In this document: piece after piece, positions 50,696-58,753 of the stretch
How positions within the stretch are numbered: the stretch's first letter is position 1
Layout of the letters: each line of letters opens with the position of its first letter
IMG/VR virus record: IMGVR_UViG_3300002179_000002
Span: 1 to 64,000 of that record
Source: a virus
Taxonomy: Duplodnaviria; Caudoviricetes
Direction: 5' to 3' (one strand)
DNA: 64,000 nucleotides
Made by a program: the position numbers and the translations under genes
The notes under the pieces: model-generated
Database searches by the model: none
Told to the model about the DNA's origin: nothing
What the model saw: the letters and a program-made list of their open reading frames with translations, nothing else

Positions 50696-51656
50696 GATCA
50701 TATCTGAATTCTCCCTCACCACTTTCGGAAGTAAGGGGTTTCTTAAGGGTCAATTGTACTGTCCAGAATGCAGTCGTAATGATAAGTTTGGAATCCTATT
50801 CAAAGAGAACGGAGCTCTCTGTCACTGTTTCTACTGCTCGACATCATACTCCCTCAACAAGATACTGAGAGATATCGGCAGAACAGACCTGCTCGAGTAC
50901 GACTTCGATTACGAGCCGACATCTTCGTTGGCTCCCCTCAAGAAAGAAGAGGAGATAGCAGATGACAAAGACACAAAGCTGCCTATTGGCTTTATGAGGA
51001 TCAAGCAGGATGACTATCTCGATGCGAGAGGCTTCACGCCTGAGCAGTACGATCAGTTCCATGTAGGGGTCGCTGAGTTGGACCCAAAGACTGAGGATAA
51101 GATAGTATTCCAACTGTATCAGCACGACGTCCCTGCTGGATGGATGGCGAGGTCCAGGAAGTCCAAGGAGTGGCATCATGAGAATCTTAGGCGGCACAGA
51201 GAGCTTGGAGAGCCACTCGTGCTGAGATACAGGAACTCAAACAATGACTTCAGCAGGATGCTTGGCGGATTGGACGAGATAATGAAAGACACTCATACTC
51301 TGATCTTGGTCGAGGGCATCATGGACAAAGCCAACATAGATCGGTTGATGCATCTGAATGAGCAGCAGGAGATAAAGTGCTGCTTCACATTCGGCTCTGA
51401 CCTTAGCATCAACCAGATAGACCTCATTCCAGAGTCAGTAGATACGGTCATACTGATGTATGACGCTGGGACCATAAAGATGATGAAGCTGGCTGGAGGC
51501 AGGTTGATGTCAAGCTTTGATGTCCAAGTGGCGCTGATAGAGGGCAGAGATGCAGACCCTGGCAGCATATCTGAAAAAGAATTGTCGAAATTACTTTCTA
51601 ATCTGAAAAGTTTTATTTATTTTTATAGCTTCCTAGACAACTTCAAGACAATTTAG
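50682..51656 (+). CDS. DNA primase (zinc finger + TOPRIM)
   Basis: CPEC...HCFYC; LVEGIMD; LMYD; DADPG. Confidence 0.85.
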   Translation: MNKSKIISEFSLTTFGSKGFLKGQLYCPECSRNDKFGILFKENGALCHCFYCSTSYSLNKILRDIGRTDLLEYDFDYEPTSSLAPLKKEEEIADDKDTKLPIGFMRIKQDDYLDARGFTPEQYDQFHVGVAELDPKTEDKIVFQLYQHDVPAGWMARSRKSKEWHHENLRRHRELGEPLVLRYRNSNNDFSRMLGGLDEIMKDTHTLILVEGIMDKANIDRLMHLNEQQEIKCCFTFGSDLSINQIDLIPESVDTVILMYDAGTIKMMKLAGGRLMSSFDVQVALIEGRDADPGSISEKELSKLLSNLKSFIYFYSFLDNFKTI

Positions 51657-53168
51657 ATGGAAGATATTTTTAAATCGATTCAAGAGGGTATTAATTTACA
51701 GAGAGAGTGGATCGCGAAGTCGTTTACGATCAATATTGATATCGAAAAGGGAAAGAAGTCTCCTATTGGAGCTATTCACGTTAATAAACAAGGAACTTGG
51801 GTCAAAGTATCTGATACTGGTAATGGTCACAAGGATTGGGTTTTGGAGAAAAAAGTTAAGTCTGAATCTAAAATCGAAGAGAAGGAAGAGTGTTCAAAAT
51901 CAGAATTAAAATCAGAGAAAATTAAAATGAATGAGAGTTTCCCGAAAAATTTTAATATTGCTAGGGAGAATCTGACGACATCAGAAATGTTTCAAAAAAC
52001 ATCAAAAGGAAAATTTAAAGATCAAAATGAACTATATGATAAATTAGGAGGCAAAGAGAATTTAGAGAAAAAATTAAAAAGTTTTATTAATGACAGTGCC
52101 GTTTATATGGCTATTAAGAGTGGAACGCTTATTAGAGAGATTATTAATAAATCAGACGCATTTAAAAATAGTCTTGAAACGGGAAAAGGGTCTTTTAAAA
52201 CGATTGGAGAAGAGAGAACGCTGAAAGAGAAGTTTATTTTTGGCATAGATACAGAAGCTAATTCAAGCGAAGCAGATAATTTTCCAAAATACGGATTTAT
52301 TTCTTCAAAAGAAGAGATGAGTTATGAACCTATCTCCGAAGGAAATTATGGAAATGCATATGTAAAATTTAAGACATCTGCTGTCAAAGATAGAACTAGT
52401 ATTACTTTGGGAGATTCGTTCAATGATAATGGTTCTATCTCGTATAAAGGTCAAATAGATTTAACTTCTGTAGCGCCCCCTACTAAATTAAATGATGTAG
52501 ATGATAAACTCATTTGGGGCATTAATAATAATGATCCTAACTCAGATATGTGGAATAAAATAAATGAAGCTAAAAATATTGATGAATTTACAGAAGCATC
52601 TGTTTCTTCATATATGGAAGCTCAAATATATGGGAAGCTGTCTATAGATGATGTTGATAGCATTTTTGTAAGTTCTATAAAGGAAGCAGATTCTTTTAAC
52701 GCAGCGTTGAAAAAGGCAGGTAGAGAAATAAAAGTTTTGCCTTGTAAATTTGATAATAGATTAAACAATCTTGTGGGTGGTTATCATAGAGGGGATGGTC
52801 CTAGATATCGCGCTTCATTAAATCCAAGTGATATTGATAATCTTGGCGATTATTACATAGATATATTAGCTAATAAATGGCTTGCTGAGTCAGAAGTTGA
52901 AGTTAAGCATAATGCATTACCCTCTGGACTAGTTTTACTTGCTAAAAAATATAATCAGTTTACTAAAGATGAGCAAGGTCGTAAGGTAAGAATTCATTCA
53001 GATATAAGTATGGAAGACAAAAGAAATTGGCTTAAGAAATTCTACGAACTAATGTCTAATGGAGATGATGGAGGAATGCCTTTCTTTTGGCGTGAAGATT
53101 ATAGAAAAACAATAGGAGGATTCACTGATGATGTGATGAATAAGAAACTATTGATAAAATATAAATAA
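51657..53168 (+). CDS. Putative head cargo protein with DUF3626-like domain
   Basis: Leader MEDIFKSIQ...WIAKS...DIEKG; FKNSLETG, PKYG, YG...RTSITLGDS, YMEAQIYG. Confidence 0.65.
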   Translation: MEDIFKSIQEGINLQREWIAKSFTINIDIEKGKKSPIGAIHVNKQGTWVKVSDTGNGHKDWVLEKKVKSESKIEEKEECSKSELKSEKIKMNESFPKNFNIARENLTTSEMFQKTSKGKFKDQNELYDKLGGKENLEKKLKSFINDSAVYMAIKSGTLIREIINKSDAFKNSLETGKGSFKTIGEERTLKEKFIFGIDTEANSSEADNFPKYGFISSKEEMSYEPISEGNYGNAYVKFKTSAVKDRTSITLGDSFNDNGSISYKGQIDLTSVAPPTKLNDVDDKLIWGINNNDPNSDMWNKINEAKNIDEFTEASVSSYMEAQIYGKLSIDDVDSIFVSSIKEADSFNAALKKAGREIKVLPCKFDNRLNNLVGGYHRGDGPRYRASLNPSDIDNLGDYYIDILANKWLAESEVEVKHNALPSGLVLLAKKYNQFTKDEQGRKVRIHSDISMEDKRNWLKKFYELMSNGDDGGMPFFWREDYRKTIGGFTDDVMNKKLLIKYK

Positions 53169-53196
53169 AATGATTAGACGAACATAGATAAATAAA

Positions 53197-53697
53197 ATGG
53201 AACAACCAGTAACCAAGTCAAGGGATCTTTCGTTAATAGACTTCTATTCTGTACTTCAACAAGAATTCATCTCCTATTATGTACGTTCGAAGATCTACCC
53301 GAAACCTTTCTCAGAGAAGTATAAGAACTATTGTATCTGCAAGAGGGACAAGATTGAGAAGATAAGTGAGAAGAATAACTTGCCTTCTATCTTCAACAGC
53401 AACAGCACAAAAGAACGATGTATCAGAGAGTTTTTTGCTGAGTATGGCCTCCCTAATTTTGAGTATAGAGATGAGAAGTCAAAGTCTATAATGGGACGTT
53501 GGGACTCAATCTATTTCTTCCGAGAGGGAGTGAAAGTGAGGATCAAACTCGACAGTGAATATCTCGACCTGCCCGTCATTAAGAATATGTTCTCAGATAA
53601 TAGCGTCACAGTAAAAGTAAAGGGAGAATTGGAGCAGTTCAATTACTCCTATGTATCTAGAATACTGACTGACTCGTTGGTCGATTGGGACATCTAA
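53197..53697 (+). CDS. Hypothetical protein
   Basis: ORF track, 166 aa. Confidence 0.6.
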   Translation: MEQPVTKSRDLSLIDFYSVLQQEFISYYVRSKIYPKPFSEKYKNYCICKRDKIEKISEKNNLPSIFNSNSTKERCIREFFAEYGLPNFEYRDEKSKSIMGRWDSIYFFREGVKVRIKLDSEYLDLPVIKNMFSDNSVTVKVKGELEQFNYSYVSRILTDSLVDWDI

Positions 53698-53720
53698 TCA
53701 ATAACGATTATAAATTATGA

Positions 53721-53768
53721 GAAATATAAGATTTATATTTTTCGTATCAGTTTAATTATTAATTTTAT
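53721..53768 (+). promoter_or_regulatory. Operator-like palindrome (53721-53740) abutting promoter motif TTCGTAT-N11-TTAATTTTAT (53741-53768)
   Basis: Fourth promoter copy; second palindrome copy. Confidence 0.65.
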
Positions 53769-53790
53769 GGCAAATTAAAAAGAGAAGATC

Positions 53791-53967
53791 ATGAAACCAT
53801 TTGAAATTGATATTGAATTGGAAACTGTTACAATTAAACTTTTTGCCAAAAATAAAACTGAAGCCAAAAAGAAAGCTCTATTAAAGTTGAGTAAAATTAA
53901 TCCCACTAAACTTATTAGTAAAAGCTGGCCTGATAAAAAGAAAAACATTGATGTAAACGAAGTGTAA
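53791..53967 (+). CDS. Small basic protein (58 aa)
   Basis: Hand-translated MKPFEIDIELETVTIKLFAKNKTEAKKKAL...; directly downstream of the promoter. Confidence 0.55.
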   Translation: MKPFEIDIELETVTIKLFAKNKTEAKKKALLKLSKINPTKLISKSWPDKKKNIDVNEV

Positions 53968-54011
53968 TGAATTTTAATTAATAATTTTAACGCTACAAAA
54001 TATTCAACAAA

Positions 54012-55271
54012 ATGAGCATAGAAGACGACATCCGCAAAGCACAAGAACAACAGAAAGAGATACTAAAATCTTTTTATGGCAGTGAGGCCACTCCCGATCT
54101 TGTGAAGAGAGTAGAGACTGATATCGAGAAGGCTAAGAAATCTCCCATCGGGACGATCCACGTGAACTCAGCCGGGACATGGAAGAAGATGACAGACACT
54201 GGCGATGGCCATAAAGACTGGGTAAGAGTTAAGAAAGGTGACAAAGATCATCCTGAAACACCTAAGACTGAAGAAAAGAAAGAAGAACCTAAGAAAATTG
54301 ATTGGGCTGCTAGAACTGCTCCTGAAGAGAAACCTACATATGATTTTAAAGTTGGAGATAAGGTTAAATTAGGCGATGATATTAATCTAGTGTCTTTATC
54401 TGATTTAAAAGGAAAAACATTAGAAGTAGTTGGGGAAGAGAAAACAGATTTGATTAGTCAACCTACTTTTATTAAAGTTAAACTTCCTGATGGTGAAGTA
54501 AAGTCATTTAGTCCAGACTATCTGAAGAAGTTTGATGAGAAGGAAGAGAAAAGTAAAGAAGAGAAAGATGAATTTTATATGAAAAGGGAATTAATATCTT
54601 CTATAGATAATTCAGAACATGAAAAAGTTTCAGAACTTTCAGATAGAGATTTAAAATATCGTTTAGACACCCTTACTTCTATATCCAGACATACAATTCT
54701 TAATGCTTCAGCTTCAAAAATGTTGCGTTCATTAATTCAAGAAAAACAGTCTAGGTATGCTAAGTCTGAACCCAAGAAAGAAGAAGAATTCAAAGTTGAA
54801 GTTCCCAAGGAAGAAATTGTTTTATTAAATAAAATTAACGCATTAGATAAAGAATTTAAAGCAAAAAATATTAAGAGTGATTATGATTATTTTATGACAA
54901 GTGAAGGAGTGAAAGCTAAAGATAAAATTGATGAGTTGAGAGTTAAATATAATGATTTAAGAGTTAAAAGATTCATTGCATTATTAGCTGATAGTAAAGC
55001 TAAGCCTGAACCCAAGAAAGAAGAAGTAAAACCAGTAGAAGAGAAGAAGGAAGACAATTCACTTGAAGAAGCTAACAGGGAATTTAGAGATCGTAAGAAA
55101 TCTCTTTATAAAACATTTGCTGCAATGTCATCTAATCAATGCAGTATCAAGGCAGCTAAAGAAGTAGCAAAGAAATTCAAAATCAGATATCAAGACATTC
55201 TTAAAACCAAAACTCCTGATAATAATCTTGAAGGAGATAAAGGGTGGGATAAGAATGGAGATATTAAATAA
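54012..55271 (+). CDS. Putative head cargo protein, modular, with SH3/KOW-like domain
   Basis: Leader DIRK|A, EILK|S, DIEK|AKKSPIGTIHVN; FKVGDKVKL. Confidence 0.65.
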   Translation: MSIEDDIRKAQEQQKEILKSFYGSEATPDLVKRVETDIEKAKKSPIGTIHVNSAGTWKKMTDTGDGHKDWVRVKKGDKDHPETPKTEEKKEEPKKIDWAARTAPEEKPTYDFKVGDKVKLGDDINLVSLSDLKGKTLEVVGEEKTDLISQPTFIKVKLPDGEVKSFSPDYLKKFDEKEEKSKEEKDEFYMKRELISSIDNSEHEKVSELSDRDLKYRLDTLTSISRHTILNASASKMLRSLIQEKQSRYAKSEPKKEEEFKVEVPKEEIVLLNKINALDKEFKAKNIKSDYDYFMTSEGVKAKDKIDELRVKYNDLRVKRFIALLADSKAKPEPKKEEVKPVEEKKEDNSLEEANREFRDRKKSLYKTFAAMSSNQCSIKAAKEVAKKFKIRYQDILKTKTPDNNLEGDKGWDKNGDIK

Positions 55272-55365
55272 ATAATCAAACCCAATTTCGCAATATGCTC
55301 GTAAAATTCAAAGAACTTCGTGAAGGTTTTGTCTTACCTAAAAAGCATTTGATACTGAACGTCAC

Positions 55366-55392
55366 ATGAGCAGATACTCTTCTGCTCATTTC
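55366..55392. terminator. Perfect 9-bp hairpin, possible terminator
   Basis: ATGAGCAGA-TACTCT-TCTGCTCAT; the T tract is weak. Confidence 0.4.
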
Positions 55393-55499
55393 AACTATTA
55401 TCTATAATCTTTACAAATTTCACTTTTATTTTATATCATTTGTAAAATAGAAGTATAAATGTTATACTTTTACAGAGTCACAACTATAAGATATCAACC

Positions 55500-56336
55500 A
55501 TGAGAACTGACAGAGAATTGAGAAACATGACCACCATCCAGTTGGGGAAAGAAGCAACACTATTAGGAATAACAAAAACAGGAATAATGGATAAAGTTAA
55601 ATTAATCGAGAAGATCAAAGTAGCTCAGGCTGCAACGCCAGCATCTGATGAATACACTGATCGCAACAGCGATATCATCGCAGCAGATGACAGGGCAAAT
55701 TTCAGGGTAGGGGGCAAGTGGTTCCCTGGCACAATTACAAAATTCAAATCAATCGAGGACGACCAGTATGCGTATGCTCTGCTGGACGGAAGCGAAAAAG
55801 TAAAGATGTTCCACACTATGGACGTCGAATTGGACAAGAACGCAAAATCTAAAAGCAATATGAAGAAGAAAGAAGTTCCTCAGGAGCAAGTTGAGGAAGT
55901 AAAGAAAGAATCAAAGAAGGCAGTGCTCGCTGAGCTCCTTGAGCAGCCATCAGTTGAAGAACAGGAAGTAGAACAGGTAGAAGAGCAAGAAGTTGCCCCT
56001 ATTGAAGTAAAAACATCTACTCGTACCTCGCTGCCTCCAGCATCCATGAAGATCGCAAAAGCAGACGCTCCAGTCATCAAGACGAAAGAGGCTGATAAGA
56101 ACATTGCCAAAGACAAGAAAGCTCCTGCAGCATCGTCAGATGACATGCTTGCATGTATTTTCGCCAAGGGCGATGATGTGACATTCACATCTGCCAAGAA
56201 CTCCAAGCTGGCTTCTAATCAGGAGCTGAAGGGCAAAGTTGTATCTGTCAAGACTGATAAGGGCAAGTACTGGCTGTCCATCAAAGTAGAGGGCTTGGGA
56301 CACTTCATGAAAGAGGCATCTAAATGCCAGAAGTAA
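55500..56336 (+). CDS. Rho-N-like domain protein with SH3/Tudor-like domains and acidic linker
   Basis: MTTIQLGKEATLLGITKTGIMDKVKLIEKI resembles the Rho N-terminal helical motif. Confidence 0.45.
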   Translation: MRTDRELRNMTTIQLGKEATLLGITKTGIMDKVKLIEKIKVAQAATPASDEYTDRNSDIIAADDRANFRVGGKWFPGTITKFKSIEDDQYAYALLDGSEKVKMFHTMDVELDKNAKSKSNMKKKEVPQEQVEEVKKESKKAVLAELLEQPSVEEQEVEQVEEQEVAPIEVKTSTRTSLPPASMKIAKADAPVIKTKEADKNIAKDKKAPAASSDDMLACIFAKGDDVTFTSAKNSKLASNQELKGKVVSVKTDKGKYWLSIKVEGLGHFMKEASKCQK

Positions 56337-56641
56337 ATCAGATCACGGTGACTCCTGACTCATCCAAACTGGGCCAGGAGTTCCTAGATGCTCTCGATAG
56401 AGTGCTCATCACCAGAGCAGATAGAGCAGATCAGTATGGAGACACCTATCTCGGAGACGACTATATGTTCCTCTACTATCAGGTGCTCAACAAGATGAAG
56501 CGATTCAAGCTCCAGATGAGCATGGAGAGCGGACAAGAGCAGATAATCAACAGAGAGGTGGCTCTGGACTCAGCCATCGATTGCGCAAACTATGCAATAT
56601 TCATAATAGCAAAGATTCTGAAAGATGAGAGTGAGAGATAA
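56324..56641 (+). CDS. DUF1599/nucleotide-modification-associated all-alpha protein
   Basis: RADQYGD...KMKR...DSAIDCANYA. Confidence 0.6.
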   Translation: MPEVNQITVTPDSSKLGQEFLDALDRVLITRADRADQYGDTYLGDDYMFLYYQVLNKMKRFKLQMSMESGQEQIINREVALDSAIDCANYAIFIIAKILKDESER

Positions 56642-57866
56642 CTATATCCTCGGCGCAGGCATAAGCGGCCTAATATACGCTTACTACAACAGAGATTTCA
56701 CGATCATATCCCCAGATATCGGGGGCAAGCTCAACAACAAATTCTTCGAGAACATATTCTACCTACACGCCACTCCATTCACCGAGAGGCTGCTCGAGGA
56801 CCTCAAGCTCCCAATAGTAAAGAAGACGCAGCTCATAAAATATGTCAAGTCTGACAAGATATTGACAAAGCTCACGATAGAGGACAAGAAGAAGTTCATA
56901 TCGAAGAAGCTCAACGACCCTGAGTTCGACGCTAAAGACCTCTCGCTCAGCACCAGCGACAACTTCATCTCAGTCTTCGAAGTATCGTTCCAGGACATCC
57001 TATCCAGACTGAGAGAGGGAGTAGAGGTCATAAATGAGACGGTCATCAAGATAACTGAGACAGAGATCATCACTCACGACACTCGATACAAATATGACAA
57101 GCTGGTCTCGACTATCAGCGCCAGAGCATTCTGGGGCATGTACTACCAGCAGAGGACCGAGGAGCTGAAATCTGAGACGATAACCTTCCTATTGTGCGAT
57201 AAGCTACCTGATTGCCTCTCGAAAGAGAAGTTCGACCTCGCTTATTTTGTGGACGCAGATGTCAAGTACACCAGAATATCAAAGCGTAGGAGGGACCAGT
57301 CTGACGCATTCCTATATGAGTTCTCAGGGAGGCTATCTCAAGAGGACTGCGTAGAGCATCTCCCTACTGGAGCAGCAGTGTTGGACTTCTATCACGAGAT
57401 CGATGGACTCATATTCTCTGACAGCAATAACATACCTCCTAACAGAGTGGAGTTTGTGGGCAGGTTCGCCACTTGGGACCACTCATTCAAGCAGCAGGAT
57501 GTCATTGAGAAGGCTCTATCATCATTCGATATGTCCAACATCTGGAACATGCAGAAGAGATTCACTTCCAATTTCGTGGACTTCAACAGCCTGACCGAGA
57601 CTCATCAGAGGGAATCGCTCACGAAGGACTACTTCACAGCCATGATCATAGAGCTATCCGAAGTGATGAATGAGATTAACTACAAGCAGCACAAGCCGAA
57701 GAAGACGGTGGACATAGATCTATTATCCGAAGAGCTCATAGATGCGTTCAAGTACTTCGTCAACATCTGCCTGATGTGGGACATAACTCCCCAGAAGTTC
57801 ATTGAGTTATTCGAGATGAAATCAAAGAAAGTCACAGAGAGATATGAGAAACAAAAACAGCAGTAA
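56625..57866 (+). CDS. FAD-dependent oxidoreductase fused to an all-alpha dUTPase/dCTPase-like domain
   Basis: ILGAGISGL, GRFATW; C-terminal ELSEVMNEINYKQHK...EELIDAFKY. Confidence 0.75.
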   Translation: MRVRDNYILGAGISGLIYAYYNRDFTIISPDIGGKLNNKFFENIFYLHATPFTERLLEDLKLPIVKKTQLIKYVKSDKILTKLTIEDKKKFISKKLNDPEFDAKDLSLSTSDNFISVFEVSFQDILSRLREGVEVINETVIKITETEIITHDTRYKYDKLVSTISARAFWGMYYQQRTEELKSETITFLLCDKLPDCLSKEKFDLAYFVDADVKYTRISKRRRDQSDAFLYEFSGRLSQEDCVEHLPTGAAVLDFYHEIDGLIFSDSNNIPPNRVEFVGRFATWDHSFKQQDVIEKALSSFDMSNIWNMQKRFTSNFVDFNSLTETHQRESLTKDYFTAMIIELSEVMNEINYKQHKPKKTVDIDLLSEELIDAFKYFVNICLMWDITPQKFIELFEMKSKKVTERYEKQKQQ

Positions 57867-57868
57867 AA

Positions 57869-58753
57869 ATGAAAATAGAGAAGATAAAGAGAATGTTTGA
57901 GATTAAACAAGGAGAGATACCGAAGACTAAGTTCATCGACAACCTATCTGCAGTCCAAGTGGACATGATCGACTGGCCAGATCCAGAGAGATTGAAACGA
58001 GTATTCGTGAACATGAGCCAGGCATCTTGGTTTGAGAACTTCTACGACAATGCTACTCCAGAAGACAGGGACGAAGTGGTCAATGACCTATTCTCGGGAA
58101 AGATACTCGGCCAGGGCATGGAGCACCCTCAGTTCTGCTTCATAGTCAAGGGACTCTCCCTGCACGGAACGCACGCCCTAGTCAGGAACAGGATAGGCAT
58201 AGCATACATGCAGCAGTCACAGGCTGTGAAGGATTTTAGGCACTCAGATGTGCTTGTCCCGAGGGCATTCACCAAGCTACCCGACATGCTCAAACGATAC
58301 GAAGAATGGGTCCAACAGGGAAAGAGGCTGTACGCCGACATGCTCGACTCTGGAGAGATAGCAAACACTGACGCAAGGTTCTGCCTCCCTAAGACGATAC
58401 CTTCTTGGATATACGTAGCAGTCGCTCTGCCCACCCTACTGTCGATCTATGGCAAGCGTACCGACTCCCAAGAGGAGCACCCAGAGATGAATGCCATGGC
58501 TGAGCAGATGAGGAATCTGATAGTAGATAAATTCCCATACATGGCGTCCTATTTCGTGTCGCACGATGACAATGGCAAGTGCCTGCATCTTAGAAAGGGG
58601 TACGCCGCAAACTGCATCTTCAAACGAGATGAGGATCACGCTATCGAGGGATATACAGATGAGTGGACATTACACGATAAGACTAAGCAGGAGCTCATGC
58701 TCGACTGCGAGAAGTATAAGGGCTCATACTACATAGGAGGTGATAAGATATGA
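57869..58753 (+). CDS. Divergent ThyX-fold flavoprotein
   Basis: MEH, HALVRNR-x8-S, DARFCLP; lacks the canonical RHR and SxR. Confidence 0.7.
   Translation: MKIEKIKRMFEIKQGEIPKTKFIDNLSAVQVDMIDWPDPERLKRVFVNMSQASWFENFYDNATPEDRDEVVNDLFSGKILGQGMEHPQFCFIVKGLSLHGTHALVRNRIGIAYMQQSQAVKDFRHSDVLVPRAFTKLPDMLKRYEEWVQQGKRLYADMLDSGEIANTDARFCLPKTIPSWIYVAVALPTLLSIYGKRTDSQEEHPEMNAMAEQMRNLIVDKFPYMASYFVSHDDNGKCLHLRKGYAANCIFKRDEDHAIEGYTDEWTLHDKTKQELMLDCEKYKGSYYIGGDKI

Noticed and set aside
55272-55499. tRNA or structured ncRNA in the longest intergenic gap
   Set aside because: No cloverleaf or T-loop signature seen, only one 9-bp hairpin and a TACTTTTA box. An Infernal/tRNAscan run would be needed to exclude it fully.
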